Of a DNA stretch of 64,000 bases, positions 55,516 to 64,000 are shown one piece after another. Every line of letters begins with the position of its first letter. Positions within the stretch are counted from its first letter, which is position 1. The DNA is taken from assembly GCA_031458695.1 (NCBI GenBank), contig JAVKJW010000004.1:1-64000 (forward strand), in the 5' to 3' direction. Both the position numbers and the translations under genes were made by a program. Source of the DNA: Candidatus Thermofontivivens primus. GTDB taxonomy: Bacteria > Sysuimicrobiota > Sysuimicrobiia > Sysuimicrobiales > Thermofontiviventaceae. Under the pieces are notes generated by a model. The model had not been told where the DNA came from. It saw only the letters and a list, made by a program, of their open reading frames with translations, and made no database searches.

Positions 55516-55809
55516 ATGGCGCGGACAGTGGTGAGGCGTGAGCGGAAGGAAGAGCTCCTCAACCGGCTCAGGAGCATTGAAGGGCACATCCGTGGCGTCC
55601 AACGCATGGTCGAAGAGGACGCCTACTGCATCGATATCATCCGACAGACCCAGGCAGTCAAGAGTGCCATTGACCGCTTCAACACGTTGATCCTGGAGCA
55701 CCACCTGAACCACTGTATCACCAATGCCATCCGCTCGGACGATCCTGCGGAGCGGGAAAGAGTGATCGGGGAGCTCCTGGAAGTCTTCGAGGAAGCGAGC
55801 AAGATGTAG
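55516..55809 (+). CDS. csoR: CsoR/RcnR family metal-sensing repressor
   Basis: RL..IEGH.RG..RM, YCIDI..Q, H.NHC (Cys-His-Cys ligand set). Confidence 0.88.
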   Translation: MARTVVRRERKEELLNRLRSIEGHIRGVQRMVEEDAYCIDIIRQTQAVKSAIDRFNTLILEHHLNHCITNAIRSDDPAERERVIGELLEVFEEASKM

Positions 55810-55827
55810 GGATAGGTTGGGGACCCC

Positions 55828-57066
55828 CTACAGGACAACCCCTAGCTCCTGAAGTGTGGATTTCAACTCGTTGGCTGCATACCGAATCGGGTTCTCCCGG
55901 TATGTCTGTCCTCCTTTCAGGATCGCTTCTCTATTGAGCAAGATCCGCGTCCTGGAGATCCTCAAAATCCCCTTCCGGCGGCCGAATGCTAGGAACCTGC
56001 GCCAGCGCCAATGGAACCACTCCTCGTCGAAGAGCCGGCGGTCCACCCGAATCCCTTCCACGTCCAGGAGATGGGCCCGGTGCCGGATTGTCTCCTCCAG
56101 GACGATGGCCTCGATCTCCTCGACCTCCGTCTCGAGAAGTTTCATGATCACCCACCCAGCGATCTGGCTGAAGGTGACGGTGATCAACCCCGCAAGAAGA
56201 CGTCGGACCTCCTGCGTCCGCTGGGGGCGCGGGAGTCCTGCCAGATCAGTGCGCGAGGGGCCGATGGCGACGAATACGCCCATCCTCCCTGTGGTGAGGA
56301 AGTCATAACTCAAGCCGACGGGGAGAGCCCGCACACCTTGGGCATGTTCCAGGAGGTAGTGCAGCCCCCCGCGCAACCGCCCCATCCGCCCGTCGGTTGA
56401 GAGGACGCCCTCCGGGGCAAGGTAGACCACGCCTCCCTCCTCCAGCACCTTGCAGAAGTACGCCAGCTGTTCCTCGACCACAAGTGGCTGCCGCCTCCGG
56501 AGGATGTCATGAAGGGGTTGTCCCAGGATGTCCAGGGAGGCAGGCTGGTGCAACCAGGGGAGATCGACACGCGCGACAACCTTGCTGAGAGGGAGCTGGG
56601 GGTCTATCCCGCTTACGAAGGAGACCTTTTCGTTGAGGCAGCTCTCCAGTGGAAGATCCCCCCTGACCTCCAGGACCTCAAAGAGGATCTCGCGAACAGT
56701 CCGTTCCGGGAACCTCCTGATGGGTGCAGCGCGGAGGCGACGGAGGACCGGCTTCAGGTCAAGCCGGGCCAGGAGGCGGCGGACACTGCGCGGGGCCTCC
56801 AGGTATGCCCCCAAAAACCCGGGCAGGAAGAGATCCTCCCTTGCGGCGAAGGTTATCGGGCGGCCTGGCCTGAGAAGGCCCCGGCTGAAGTAGAGGATAG
56901 GTGCGACCACAAGCACGTCGAGGTCGCGCTTGTGATTCACGAGGATGAGGGTAGAGGGGGTATGCTGGTACTGCCACAAACCCTCCACCATGACCTCAAG
57001 GAAAACCCGTGCGCCCAGGAAGAAGGTCGCTCCCAGGAAGTTGTAGAGAAAGCCAGGGTCAGTCAT
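55828..57066 (-). CDS. lysophospholipid/glycerolipid acyltransferase (PlsC-like) with C-terminal extension
   Basis: NHKRDLD (HxxxxD), AARE.LF, APEG. Confidence 0.75.
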   Translation of the reverse strand: MTDPGFLYNFLGATFFLGARVFLEVMVEGLWQYQHTPSTLILVNHKRDLDVLVVAPILYFSRGLLRPGRPITFAAREDLFLPGFLGAYLEAPRSVRRLLARLDLKPVLRRLRAAPIRRFPERTVREILFEVLEVRGDLPLESCLNEKVSFVSGIDPQLPLSKVVARVDLPWLHQPASLDILGQPLHDILRRRQPLVVEEQLAYFCKVLEEGGVVYLAPEGVLSTDGRMGRLRGGLHYLLEHAQGVRALPVGLSYDFLTTGRMGVFVAIGPSRTDLAGLPRPQRTQEVRRLLAGLITVTFSQIAGWVIMKLLETEVEEIEAIVLEETIRHRAHLLDVEGIRVDRRLFDEEWFHWRWRRFLAFGRRKGILRISRTRILLNREAILKGGQTYRENPIRYAANELKSTLQELGVVL

Positions 57067-57094
57067 CGCCGGTCGCTTCAGTACCGGTCATGCT

Positions 57095-57141
57095 GAGAGG
57101 TCCCTCGGTAAAGGCCAAAACACGTTTGCCGGGTTGCTGAG
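57095..57141. repeat. degenerate REP-like copy
   Basis: GAGAGGTCCCTCGGTAAAGGCCAAAACACGTTTGCCGGGTTGCTGAG. Confidence 0.55.
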
Positions 57142-57148
57142 CTCACCA

Positions 57149-58249
57149 ATGCGCCGTGTCCTCTACGCCGTCGGATCATGGGGTCTGGGACACGCCACGC
57201 GGAGCCTCCCGCTCCTCCGAGGGTTGGTGGAGGCGGGGTGTTCTGTGACAATCGTGTCCACGGGGCGTGCCCTCACCCTCCTCCGGCAGGAGCTTGGGAA
57301 TCGCTGTACCTACCTCGACTGGCCAGATGTCCCGCAACCCCTGGGCCGTTCGGCAACGGCCTTCTATGTGAAATCCGCCCTGAGCCTGCCGAAGTTCTTT
57401 GCGACGTTCCGGGAGGAGCACCGGCGCCTCCTTCACCTCCTTCGCAGGGAACCCTTCGATCTCCTCATCTCGGACAACCGTTACGGCATCCAGCATAGGG
57501 AGATTCCTAGCTTCCACGTCCTTCATGGGCTCCGGTTCATCGCTCCAGGACGCGTCAGGGCCATTGAGCTCCTCCTAGAATACTTCAACTTCCGATGGTT
57601 CACCCCTGTGCGCGGGTTTCTCATCCCCGACGAAGAGGAGGACGGGTTAAGCGGGGATCTCAGCCACCACTTGCGCTTCTTCCCAAGGGAACGGCTCCAC
57701 TACATCGGGATCCTCGCTAGCCTCCGTCGCCTTCCGGTAGAGGAAGAGATCGATGCCTTCGTCTCTATCTCCGGGCCTGAGCCCCAGCGAACAATCTTGG
57801 AGCGGATCGTCCTGGAGCAGGTGCAGAGAGCCCCCGGGCGCATCGTCGTCGCCCTCGGGCGACCCGAAGTTTCCACGATGACTAAGCTGGGCAACGCGGA
57901 GGTCTACACATATCTCCCGAGGAGAGCCCAGGAGGCGTTTATGAACCGGAGCAAGGTCATCGTGGCGAGATCAGGGTACACGACGATCATGGAGCTCGCC
58001 GCCCTGCGCAAGCGGGCACTCCTGATCCCCACCCCCGGACAGACAGAACAGGTGTACCTCGCCTCTTACCACAAGCAACGGGGGACCGCGCATGCCGTCT
58101 GGCAACACCGCCTCGATCTTGCCAGGGATCTGCCAAAGGCCCTCAGCACCTCTGGCCTGCAAGCGAGGAGCACTACAGAAGAGGCGGTTCAGCGCTTCCT
58201 CTCCATTGTCCTCGGAGAATCCGCTGGCCGTCATCCTAGGATCGCGTGA
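57149..58249 (+). CDS. GT-B glycosyltransferase (GT28 C-terminal-like)
   Basis: WGLGHATR, ISDNRYG, SGPEPQR, RSGYTTIMEL, PTPGQTEQ. Confidence 0.85.
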   Translation: MRRVLYAVGSWGLGHATRSLPLLRGLVEAGCSVTIVSTGRALTLLRQELGNRCTYLDWPDVPQPLGRSATAFYVKSALSLPKFFATFREEHRRLLHLLRREPFDLLISDNRYGIQHREIPSFHVLHGLRFIAPGRVRAIELLLEYFNFRWFTPVRGFLIPDEEEDGLSGDLSHHLRFFPRERLHYIGILASLRRLPVEEEIDAFVSISGPEPQRTILERIVLEQVQRAPGRIVVALGRPEVSTMTKLGNAEVYTYLPRRAQEAFMNRSKVIVARSGYTTIMELAALRKRALLIPTPGQTEQVYLASYHKQRGTAHAVWQHRLDLARDLPKALSTSGLQARSTTEEAVQRFLSIVLGESAGRHPRIA

Positions 58250-58433
58250 CGGATATGCTCATCTCCAGGTGAGGGAGAGAGCTTCCGCGGGTAAGGAGGA
58301 AGGGCCAAGGAGGCGGCGGGGGGCTCCCCCACAGTGGACATCGGCGAGGCCAACCTCTGACCATGAAATGGTCGAGTCCGAGGAACCAGAAGCGGTCTCC
58401 AACAAATTCGCAAGGCGAATCTTCGTGGGGAAG

Positions 58434-59060
58434 CTAGCGGGCCAGGAAACGCTTGAGCGTTGTCGCCAAGATATACAAAGCTCCGGCCCCCGTGGCCACG
58501 AACAGGAGGATCCCCAGGGAGAGCCCCGCTCCAGCCATGAGGACGAGGCCGTCACGGTTCAGGAGTCCGATGCCTAAGAGGAGGATGGCGAGGCCCGGGA
58601 GGGTATTCATGAACGGAAAGGGGCTGAACAGGACAATCCCTAGGAGCAGCAAGAGGAAGGCAACCACTCGGATGACCAGCGATTCGGGAAGAGGGAGCAG
58701 GCGAGGTCGCGAGAGGCTCTCGAGCTTCCGCAGCACATGAATCCCGCCCTGCCGCAGCCTTCGCATGGCGCTAGGGGAGAGTCGATATCTCCGGATCCAC
58801 GCGGGAAGCCACGGGCGCCGCAACCCGGCCAGCATCTGCACGGCAAGGCCAATGTTCAGCAAGCCTATGAGCGCGGCCGACCCCGGAGGAAGGATAGGGA
58901 TCATCGTGGGAAGGGCAAGGAGGATCATGAATAGACCGAACCCTCGCTCCTCTGCTTGATCCACGAGAGTCCCGATCGCCACATCCTCCTCGCCCGCGAC
59001 TGCGAGGACCTCTTCCAGGATTTCCGAGAGAGGTTGTCCTACCGTCCTCCGCTCACCCAT
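58434..59060 (-). CDS. ExoD family membrane protein
   Basis: RGFG...LLALP...P, PWLP, P.P..NTLP, DGL. Confidence 0.85.
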   Translation of the reverse strand: MGERRTVGQPLSEILEEVLAVAGEEDVAIGTLVDQAEERGFGLFMILLALPTMIPILPPGSAALIGLLNIGLAVQMLAGLRRPWLPAWIRRYRLSPSAMRRLRQGGIHVLRKLESLSRPRLLPLPESLVIRVVAFLLLLLGIVLFSPFPFMNTLPGLAILLLGIGLLNRDGLVLMAGAGLSLGILLFVATGAGALYILATTLKRFLAR

Positions 59061-59195
59061 TCTCCCATTCGATCAATTTTTTTGCCAAGCCTCTGGGGAA
59101 TCTCCCTTATCTCCTTCCCTATCTTACCAAAAGCATCCCAGGAAAACCTATTGACAGGCAGTCTCACAGCGTGTACGACTGAAGATGTGAACCCT

Positions 59196-60152
59196 ATGAC
59201 ACCAAAGCTCAGGCGCTATGAGGGAAACCCCATCTTGACTCCCACTTCTCGTTGGTGGGAGGCGCGCTGGGTCTTCAACTGTGGGGCAGCCATATACCAA
59301 GGAAAGGTCTACCTGCTCTACCGAGCACAGGGACTCGACTTCATCTCGCGCTGGGGTCTGGCGACCTCCGACGATGGGCTCCGGATCGTCTCCCGGAGCC
59401 AGCACCCAGTCTTCGAGCCCGCTGCCCACCTGGACCAGGAGCGCCTGGGTTGTGAGGACCCGCGCATCACCCCCCTTGGAGGTAGGTTCTACATCACCTA
59501 CACCGCGGCCTCTGTCTACCCAGCCATCGGGCCGGGAAGGAGACGCCCATCAGGAGCGTTCTCCCGGGAGGGCGTTCCCTGGAGGGTCCGGATCGGGCTC
59601 GCCTCCACGAGGAACTTCCGGACCTTCCGCCGTCATGGCTTCATCTTTCCCAAGGTAGACGACAAGGACGCCGCCCTCTTCCCCGAGAAGATCGATGGAC
59701 GCTACTACCTCCTCCACCGGATCTACCCGGACATCCACCTTGCCTATTCCGAGGACCTCCGCCACTGGCGCAACCTCGGTGTCCTCATGAAGCCTCGTCC
59801 GGGGATGTGGGACAGCGAGCGGATCGGGGCCGGCGCCCCCCCAGTGAAGACGTCCTACGGGTGGTTGCTCTTCTACCATGGCGCAGACCACCGGAGGGTC
59901 TATCGCATTGGAGTGGCCCTCCTAGATCTACGCGCACCCCAGAAAGTCCTCGCCCGCGCAGAGGAACCTGTCCTCGAGCCTGAGGAAGCGTACGAGCGGG
60001 AAGGACAGGTGCCCAATGTCGTGTTCACTTGCGGGGCGGTCGAACGGGATGGAAGGTATATCGTCTACTACGGGGCCGCAGACACGGTCATTGCCGCGGC
60101 GACGATTGCGCAGGAGGAAATCCTGGAGTGGGCTGCTTCTGTAACCCGCTAG
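59196..60152 (+). CDS. GH130 family glycoside hydrolase/phosphorylase
   Basis: GNPIL, VFN.GA, LYRA, GCEDPRI, KDAALFPEKI, IGAG.PP, VPNVVF..G, YYGAAD. Confidence 0.9.
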   Translation: MTPKLRRYEGNPILTPTSRWWEARWVFNCGAAIYQGKVYLLYRAQGLDFISRWGLATSDDGLRIVSRSQHPVFEPAAHLDQERLGCEDPRITPLGGRFYITYTAASVYPAIGPGRRRPSGAFSREGVPWRVRIGLASTRNFRTFRRHGFIFPKVDDKDAALFPEKIDGRYYLLHRIYPDIHLAYSEDLRHWRNLGVLMKPRPGMWDSERIGAGAPPVKTSYGWLLFYHGADHRRVYRIGVALLDLRAPQKVLARAEEPVLEPEEAYEREGQVPNVVFTCGAVERDGRYIVYYGAADTVIAAATIAQEEILEWAASVTR

Positions 60153-60247
60153 GTGGCCCACCGAGAGCATTCCCTTTTGACACGCGGAATCGCTGGGGGT
60201 GCGGAGATCTCTAACCCGGTGAAATTCTGTAGTCCACTCTCCGGGAG

Positions 60248-60916
60248 ATGAACCCTGTGGTCCAGATCACGCTTGAACCCGCCCTCCAAGGAGTTGTGCG
60301 CCTCGGTGTCATTGAAGGAGAAGGCCTCCACATCCGCGACCACGACGAGCGCATGTGGAAGGAGGTTGAGCGCCTTGCCCAGCGGCTGAAGACCCTCTAC
60401 GCTGGCCGCGAGCCCTCGCAGGTGGAAGCCCTGGCACCTGCCAGGGAGCTCTATAAGCGAGTGGGGATGGACCCCACCCGCTACCGCCCCTCCTCCGAGG
60501 CCCTCCTCAGGCGGATCCTCAAGGACCAGGGGCTCCCACGGATCAACACCCTCGTGGATGTATGCACCTGGTGCTCCCTGGATTTCCTCCTCCCCATCGG
60601 GCTCCACGACCTCGACAGGATCCAGGGGGACCTCCTCCTTCGCCGCGGGGTGGCGGGGGAGGGATACGAAGCCATCGGCAGAGGATGGTTTTCCCTGGAG
60701 GGGAAACTCACCTTAGCCGATCGCCTGGGCCCATGCGGGAGCCCGACCAGCGACTCCCAACGGACGATGATCACCCTCCACACACGGCGATGCCTCATGG
60801 TCATCTACGCCCCAGCCACCTATCCCATGGATCGCCTCTCTGATCACATCCGGGTTGCAGCGGAGCGCATCACTGCCTACAATGGAGGGCAGATTACAGG
60901 GACCGCTCTCCTTTGA
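60248..60916 (+). CDS. B3/4 domain protein (PheRS-beta editing-like)
   Basis: DPTRYRPSSEALLRR, INTLVD, PIGLHDLD, GSPTSDS. Confidence 0.88.
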   Translation: MNPVVQITLEPALQGVVRLGVIEGEGLHIRDHDERMWKEVERLAQRLKTLYAGREPSQVEALAPARELYKRVGMDPTRYRPSSEALLRRILKDQGLPRINTLVDVCTWCSLDFLLPIGLHDLDRIQGDLLLRRGVAGEGYEAIGRGWFSLEGKLTLADRLGPCGSPTSDSQRTMITLHTRRCLMVIYAPATYPMDRLSDHIRVAAERITAYNGGQITGTALL

Positions 60917-60976
60917 GTCCCTCGTGAACGTTTTTTCAGATCTCACGTGTTAGGCCTCAGAGGTCGAGGAGAAGCG

Positions 60977-63235
60977 ATGCAGAAACCCAACATTGGGGTA
61001 CCCCTCAGACGCCTGGAGGGAGCGGAGAAGGTGACAGGCAGGACCCGCTATGCGGGTGACCTCTCCCTCCCTGGAATGCTCCACGCGCGCTTGGTCCTGA
61101 GTCCTTACGCCCACGCCCGCATCGTCCACATCCCCAAGGAGGGCTTGGGGGTTCCCGGCACCCAGGTGGTCACCGCCGAGGATCTGCCTCCCTCCCCCGA
61201 GGACGCCCACGCGCCTCTCCTGGCGCGCGAGGAGACATGCTTTTGCGGCCAGCCCGTTGCTGTGGTCCTTGCGGAGAGCGAGGCAGCTGCCGAAGACGCT
61301 GCGGAGATGCTCCGCGCGAGGATCCTCTATGAGGAACTGCCAGCTGCTCTCGATCCGCTTGAGGCAATGCGTCCCGGCTCCCCCATTGTCCGCCCAAGGA
61401 GACGCGGAGAGACCGGAGAAACACAGGCACATGCTACGATCGATGTCCAGGAGGGTGGTGGTCCGGAAGCGCCTAACATCACCGCCCATGTCCATTTCTC
61501 TAGAGGAGATGTGACGGTAGGCTTTGCCGAAGCGGACGTTGTGAGAGAGGAGACCTTCCGTACCCCCATCGTCCATCAGTCTTACCTCGAGCCTCATGCC
61601 GCCATTGCGAGCTATGACCCCTTTACCGGAGTCCTGACCCTGTGGGCGAGCGTCCAGGGACAGTTCTACGTGCGGTCTGAGGTGAGTAGAAGGCTAGGCC
61701 TCCCGCAGACGAAGGTGCGGGTGATCCCTATGCCCGTGGGCGGGGCGTTTGGTGCAAAGATCCTCCACCTGGAGCCCCTTGTGGCTGCGCTGGCGTTGGT
61801 CACGCGGCGTCCAGTGCGCCTCGTCCTCTCCAGGATGGAGGAGTTCTTGGCTGGGACTCCCGCGCCCCAGGCGGTCATCACGGGGAAGGTCGGCGCGCGC
61901 CGCGACGGGACACTCGTTGCCCTCCAGGCGCGCCTGGTGTTCGACTCAGGGGCCGAACCGGGAACCCCTCTGAACGTGGCGGCCCTCCTCTTGGGAGGGT
62001 ACTACCGGTTTCCCCACCTCGAGATTGAGGGGTTCGAGGTCCTCACCCACAAGGCACCTGTAGGGGCATACAGGGGGCCTGGCGCGGTCCAGGCGACGTT
62101 CGCCATCGAATCCCTGGTGGACGCGGTTGCCCGCGCCCTTGACCTCGATCCAGTAGAGTTCCGCCTTCGGAACATCGTCCAAGAAGGAGATCCCATGCCT
62201 AACGGGAAGCCTTGGCCACGTATCGGCCTGCGGGAGTGCCTGGAAGCCCTGCGGAACCATGTCCTCTGGCAAGAGAGACGGAAAGAGCCCCACCAGGGCT
62301 ATGGCCTTGCCATTGGAGGTTGGCCCGGCGGGATCGAGCCAGCAAGCGCCTGTGTGCGCGCCAACCCAGATGGAACGTTCCATGTCCTCGTGGGAGCAGT
62401 GGACCTCACAGGAACGGCCACAGCCTTCGCCCAGATCGCTGCGGAGGTCCTCGGCGTCCCCGTGGAGCAGATCCAGGTGATCACGGGGGATACAGACCAG
62501 AGCCCCTATGCCGGGATGTCGGCAGGAAGCAAGACGCTGTATACCGTGGGGGCTGCGGTGAAGCAGGCTGCCGAGGAGGCAAGGCGCCAGCTCCTGACTG
62601 TGGCCAGCGACCAGCTGGAAGCCGCAATCGAAGATTTGGAGATCGTCGATGGACATGTGCAAGTGAAGGGGGTTCCAGGGAAAGCCCTCCCGATCTCCCA
62701 CTTCGCCAAGCTGACCATGCAGTTCGGGGCCAAGTATCCCCCTATCTTCGGCCGGGGGGAATCCAGCATCACCCGGCAGTCCCCAGGGTTCGCGGCACAC
62801 CTCGCCAAGGTGGAAGTGGACCCGGAAACCGGAAGGGTGCGCGTCCTCGAATACCTGGCAGTCCAGGACGTTGGGCGCGCCATCAACCCTGCGGAAGTGC
62901 AAGGACAGATCCACGGGGGCGTTGCTCAGGGCATTGGGTGGGCGCTTCTTGAGGAGGTTCGTTACGATTCCCAGGGTACGCTCCTGACCACCACATTCTC
63001 CGATTACGCTATCCCCAAGGCAGCGGATGTCCCGCAGATCCACACTGTTCTCGTAGAGGTTCCCTCCCCGTTCGGCCCCTTCGGCGCTAAGGGCGTGGGA
63101 GAACCTCCCGTCATTCCTGTGGCCGCCGCCATTTGCAACGCCATCGCCGATGCCGTGGGGGTGCGGGTGACCACGCTCCCTGTCACTCCAGAGCGCCTCC
63201 ACCAGGCGCTCGAGAGCTCCGGCAAGAGTCCTTAA
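60977..63235 (+). CDS. xanthine dehydrogenase family molybdopterin-binding large subunit
   Basis: KVTG, SPYAHA, YLEPH, GGAFGAK, AYRGPG, DVGRAINP, QIHGG, AKGVGE. Confidence 0.92.
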   Translation: MQKPNIGVPLRRLEGAEKVTGRTRYAGDLSLPGMLHARLVLSPYAHARIVHIPKEGLGVPGTQVVTAEDLPPSPEDAHAPLLAREETCFCGQPVAVVLAESEAAAEDAAEMLRARILYEELPAALDPLEAMRPGSPIVRPRRRGETGETQAHATIDVQEGGGPEAPNITAHVHFSRGDVTVGFAEADVVREETFRTPIVHQSYLEPHAAIASYDPFTGVLTLWASVQGQFYVRSEVSRRLGLPQTKVRVIPMPVGGAFGAKILHLEPLVAALALVTRRPVRLVLSRMEEFLAGTPAPQAVITGKVGARRDGTLVALQARLVFDSGAEPGTPLNVAALLLGGYYRFPHLEIEGFEVLTHKAPVGAYRGPGAVQATFAIESLVDAVARALDLDPVEFRLRNIVQEGDPMPNGKPWPRIGLRECLEALRNHVLWQERRKEPHQGYGLAIGGWPGGIEPASACVRANPDGTFHVLVGAVDLTGTATAFAQIAAEVLGVPVEQIQVITGDTDQSPYAGMSAGSKTLYTVGAAVKQAAEEARRQLLTVASDQLEAAIEDLEIVDGHVQVKGVPGKALPISHFAKLTMQFGAKYPPIFGRGESSITRQSPGFAAHLAKVEVDPETGRVRVLEYLAVQDVGRAINPAEVQGQIHGGVAQGIGWALLEEVRYDSQGTLLTTTFSDYAIPKAADVPQIHTVLVEVPSPFGPFGAKGVGEPPVIPVAAAICNAIADAVGVRVTTLPVTPERLHQALESSGKSP

Positions 63236-63549
63236 GTAGCCCCGGCGCAATGCGTATCCCCCCTTCCCTGCACCCGCTCCCACAAGGGGAGCGGGAATGA
63301 GGAGAGAGCCCTCCCGCCAAAGAGGGAGTGCGATGAGGTTCTCTAACTCGTGGAGAGAGCAATGAGAAGAGGTCTTTTCTGTCAAGAAGAATACATGGGA
63401 ACAAGCCTCTTTCTGGAAAAGTGGATGGGAAGAAGTCCCCTCTCACGTATGGTGGGAATTGCCGGGAATAGGTGGTTGAACCTGTACAAGATGGGGCCTA
63501 CCCGGAGGAGACGGGGCCTACCATATCGAAAGAACTTAGGTGGGCTGCA

Positions 63550-64000
63550 ATGAACGGGTTCATCGCCAGCCAGAAATGTAGCGCATGTGTTGTACGGTCG
63601 GCGCTCGAAGGATTGACCACTGCGATCGTCCTCCTAAACCGGCATCAGCGCATCCTCTTTGTCAACCGAACCGCTCAGAAAGTATTCGGGATCGGCCCCA
63701 GGGACCTTGGGAAACAGCTCCACCATATACCTTTAGATCCTGCGTTGCGCGCTGCCTGGTTCCAAGCCTGTACAACTCCTGAACCGACCACATCGCTCGT
63801 ACATCTCAGGGAACCCGAAGAAAGAGTATTACGGATCATGGTTGCTCATTGCCGTACCCCAAAGGGGAAGTTCCTGGGGTGGGCCTTGCTCGCCTGCGAC
63901 GTGACAGACGATCGAAACGTCTCTGTCAAACTGACCACAGATCTGGCAGTAGAATTGCTGCGCTACTTCCAGAGCGAGAGGAGATCATCGCTGCAAGAGG
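63550..64000 (+). CDS. PAS-domain protein (partial, runs off window)
   Basis: Not in the ORF track. Manual translation is open to the window end: MNGFIASQKC...LEGLTTAIVLLNRHQRILFVNRTAQKVFG...GKFLGWALLACDVT. Confidence 0.7.
   Translation, partial: MNGFIASQKCSACVVRSALEGLTTAIVLLNRHQRILFVNRTAQKVFGIGPRDLGKQLHHIPLDPALRAAWFQACTTPEPTTSLVHLREPEERVLRIMVAHCRTPKGKFLGWALLACDVTDDRNVSVKLTTDLAVELLRYFQSERRSSLQE

Noticed and set aside
60977..63235. Aerobic CO dehydrogenase CoxL
   Set aside because: Lacks the AYxCSFR loop and has no coxM/coxS or accessory genes.
63350..63553. 67-aa ORF before the PAS gene
   Set aside because: No motif, and it overlaps a probable regulatory region, so I cannot support it as coding.

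Overview
A gene-dense, GC-rich bacterial chromosomal segment with about 65 CDS and one tRNA-Phe(GAA). I found no integrase, transposase, phage gene or CRISPR array. Its housekeeping and metabolic blocks are: a 2-oxoacid:ferredoxin oxidoreductase with a gamma-delta fusion; a sugar-type ABC system with one frameshifted permease; a long cofactor gene run (ftcD-folP-folB-folK/dNK-birA-DmpA peptidase-panT-coaX) containing a pan-motif-like RNA leader; a MurR/MurQ/AnmK peptidoglycan-recycling cluster; a compact prkA-yeaH-spoVR triad; a NitT/TauT ABC importer flanked by a class III aminotransferase and glutaryl-CoA dehydrogenase; and glycolipid-type genes. Two candidates stand out. (1) At 42.4-48.9 kb, an SCP2 lipid-binding domain is fused to a ThDP E1alpha-E1beta enzyme and faces a translationally coupled operon (Zn-dehydrogenase, stand-alone SCP2, membrane protein, alpha/beta hydrolase, QW-repeat protein); this is a possible undescribed pathway for C-C cleavage of a hydrophobic substrate. 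(2) At 37.4-41.7 kb, a GntR operon with a perfect palindromic operator drives a Ddl-type ligase and a DapF-like epimerase in which both catalytic Cys are replaced by Ser. Non-coding features include a dispersed REP-like palindrome family and an inverted array of 9-bp repeats. All functional calls come from motif recognition by eye; no database searches were run.
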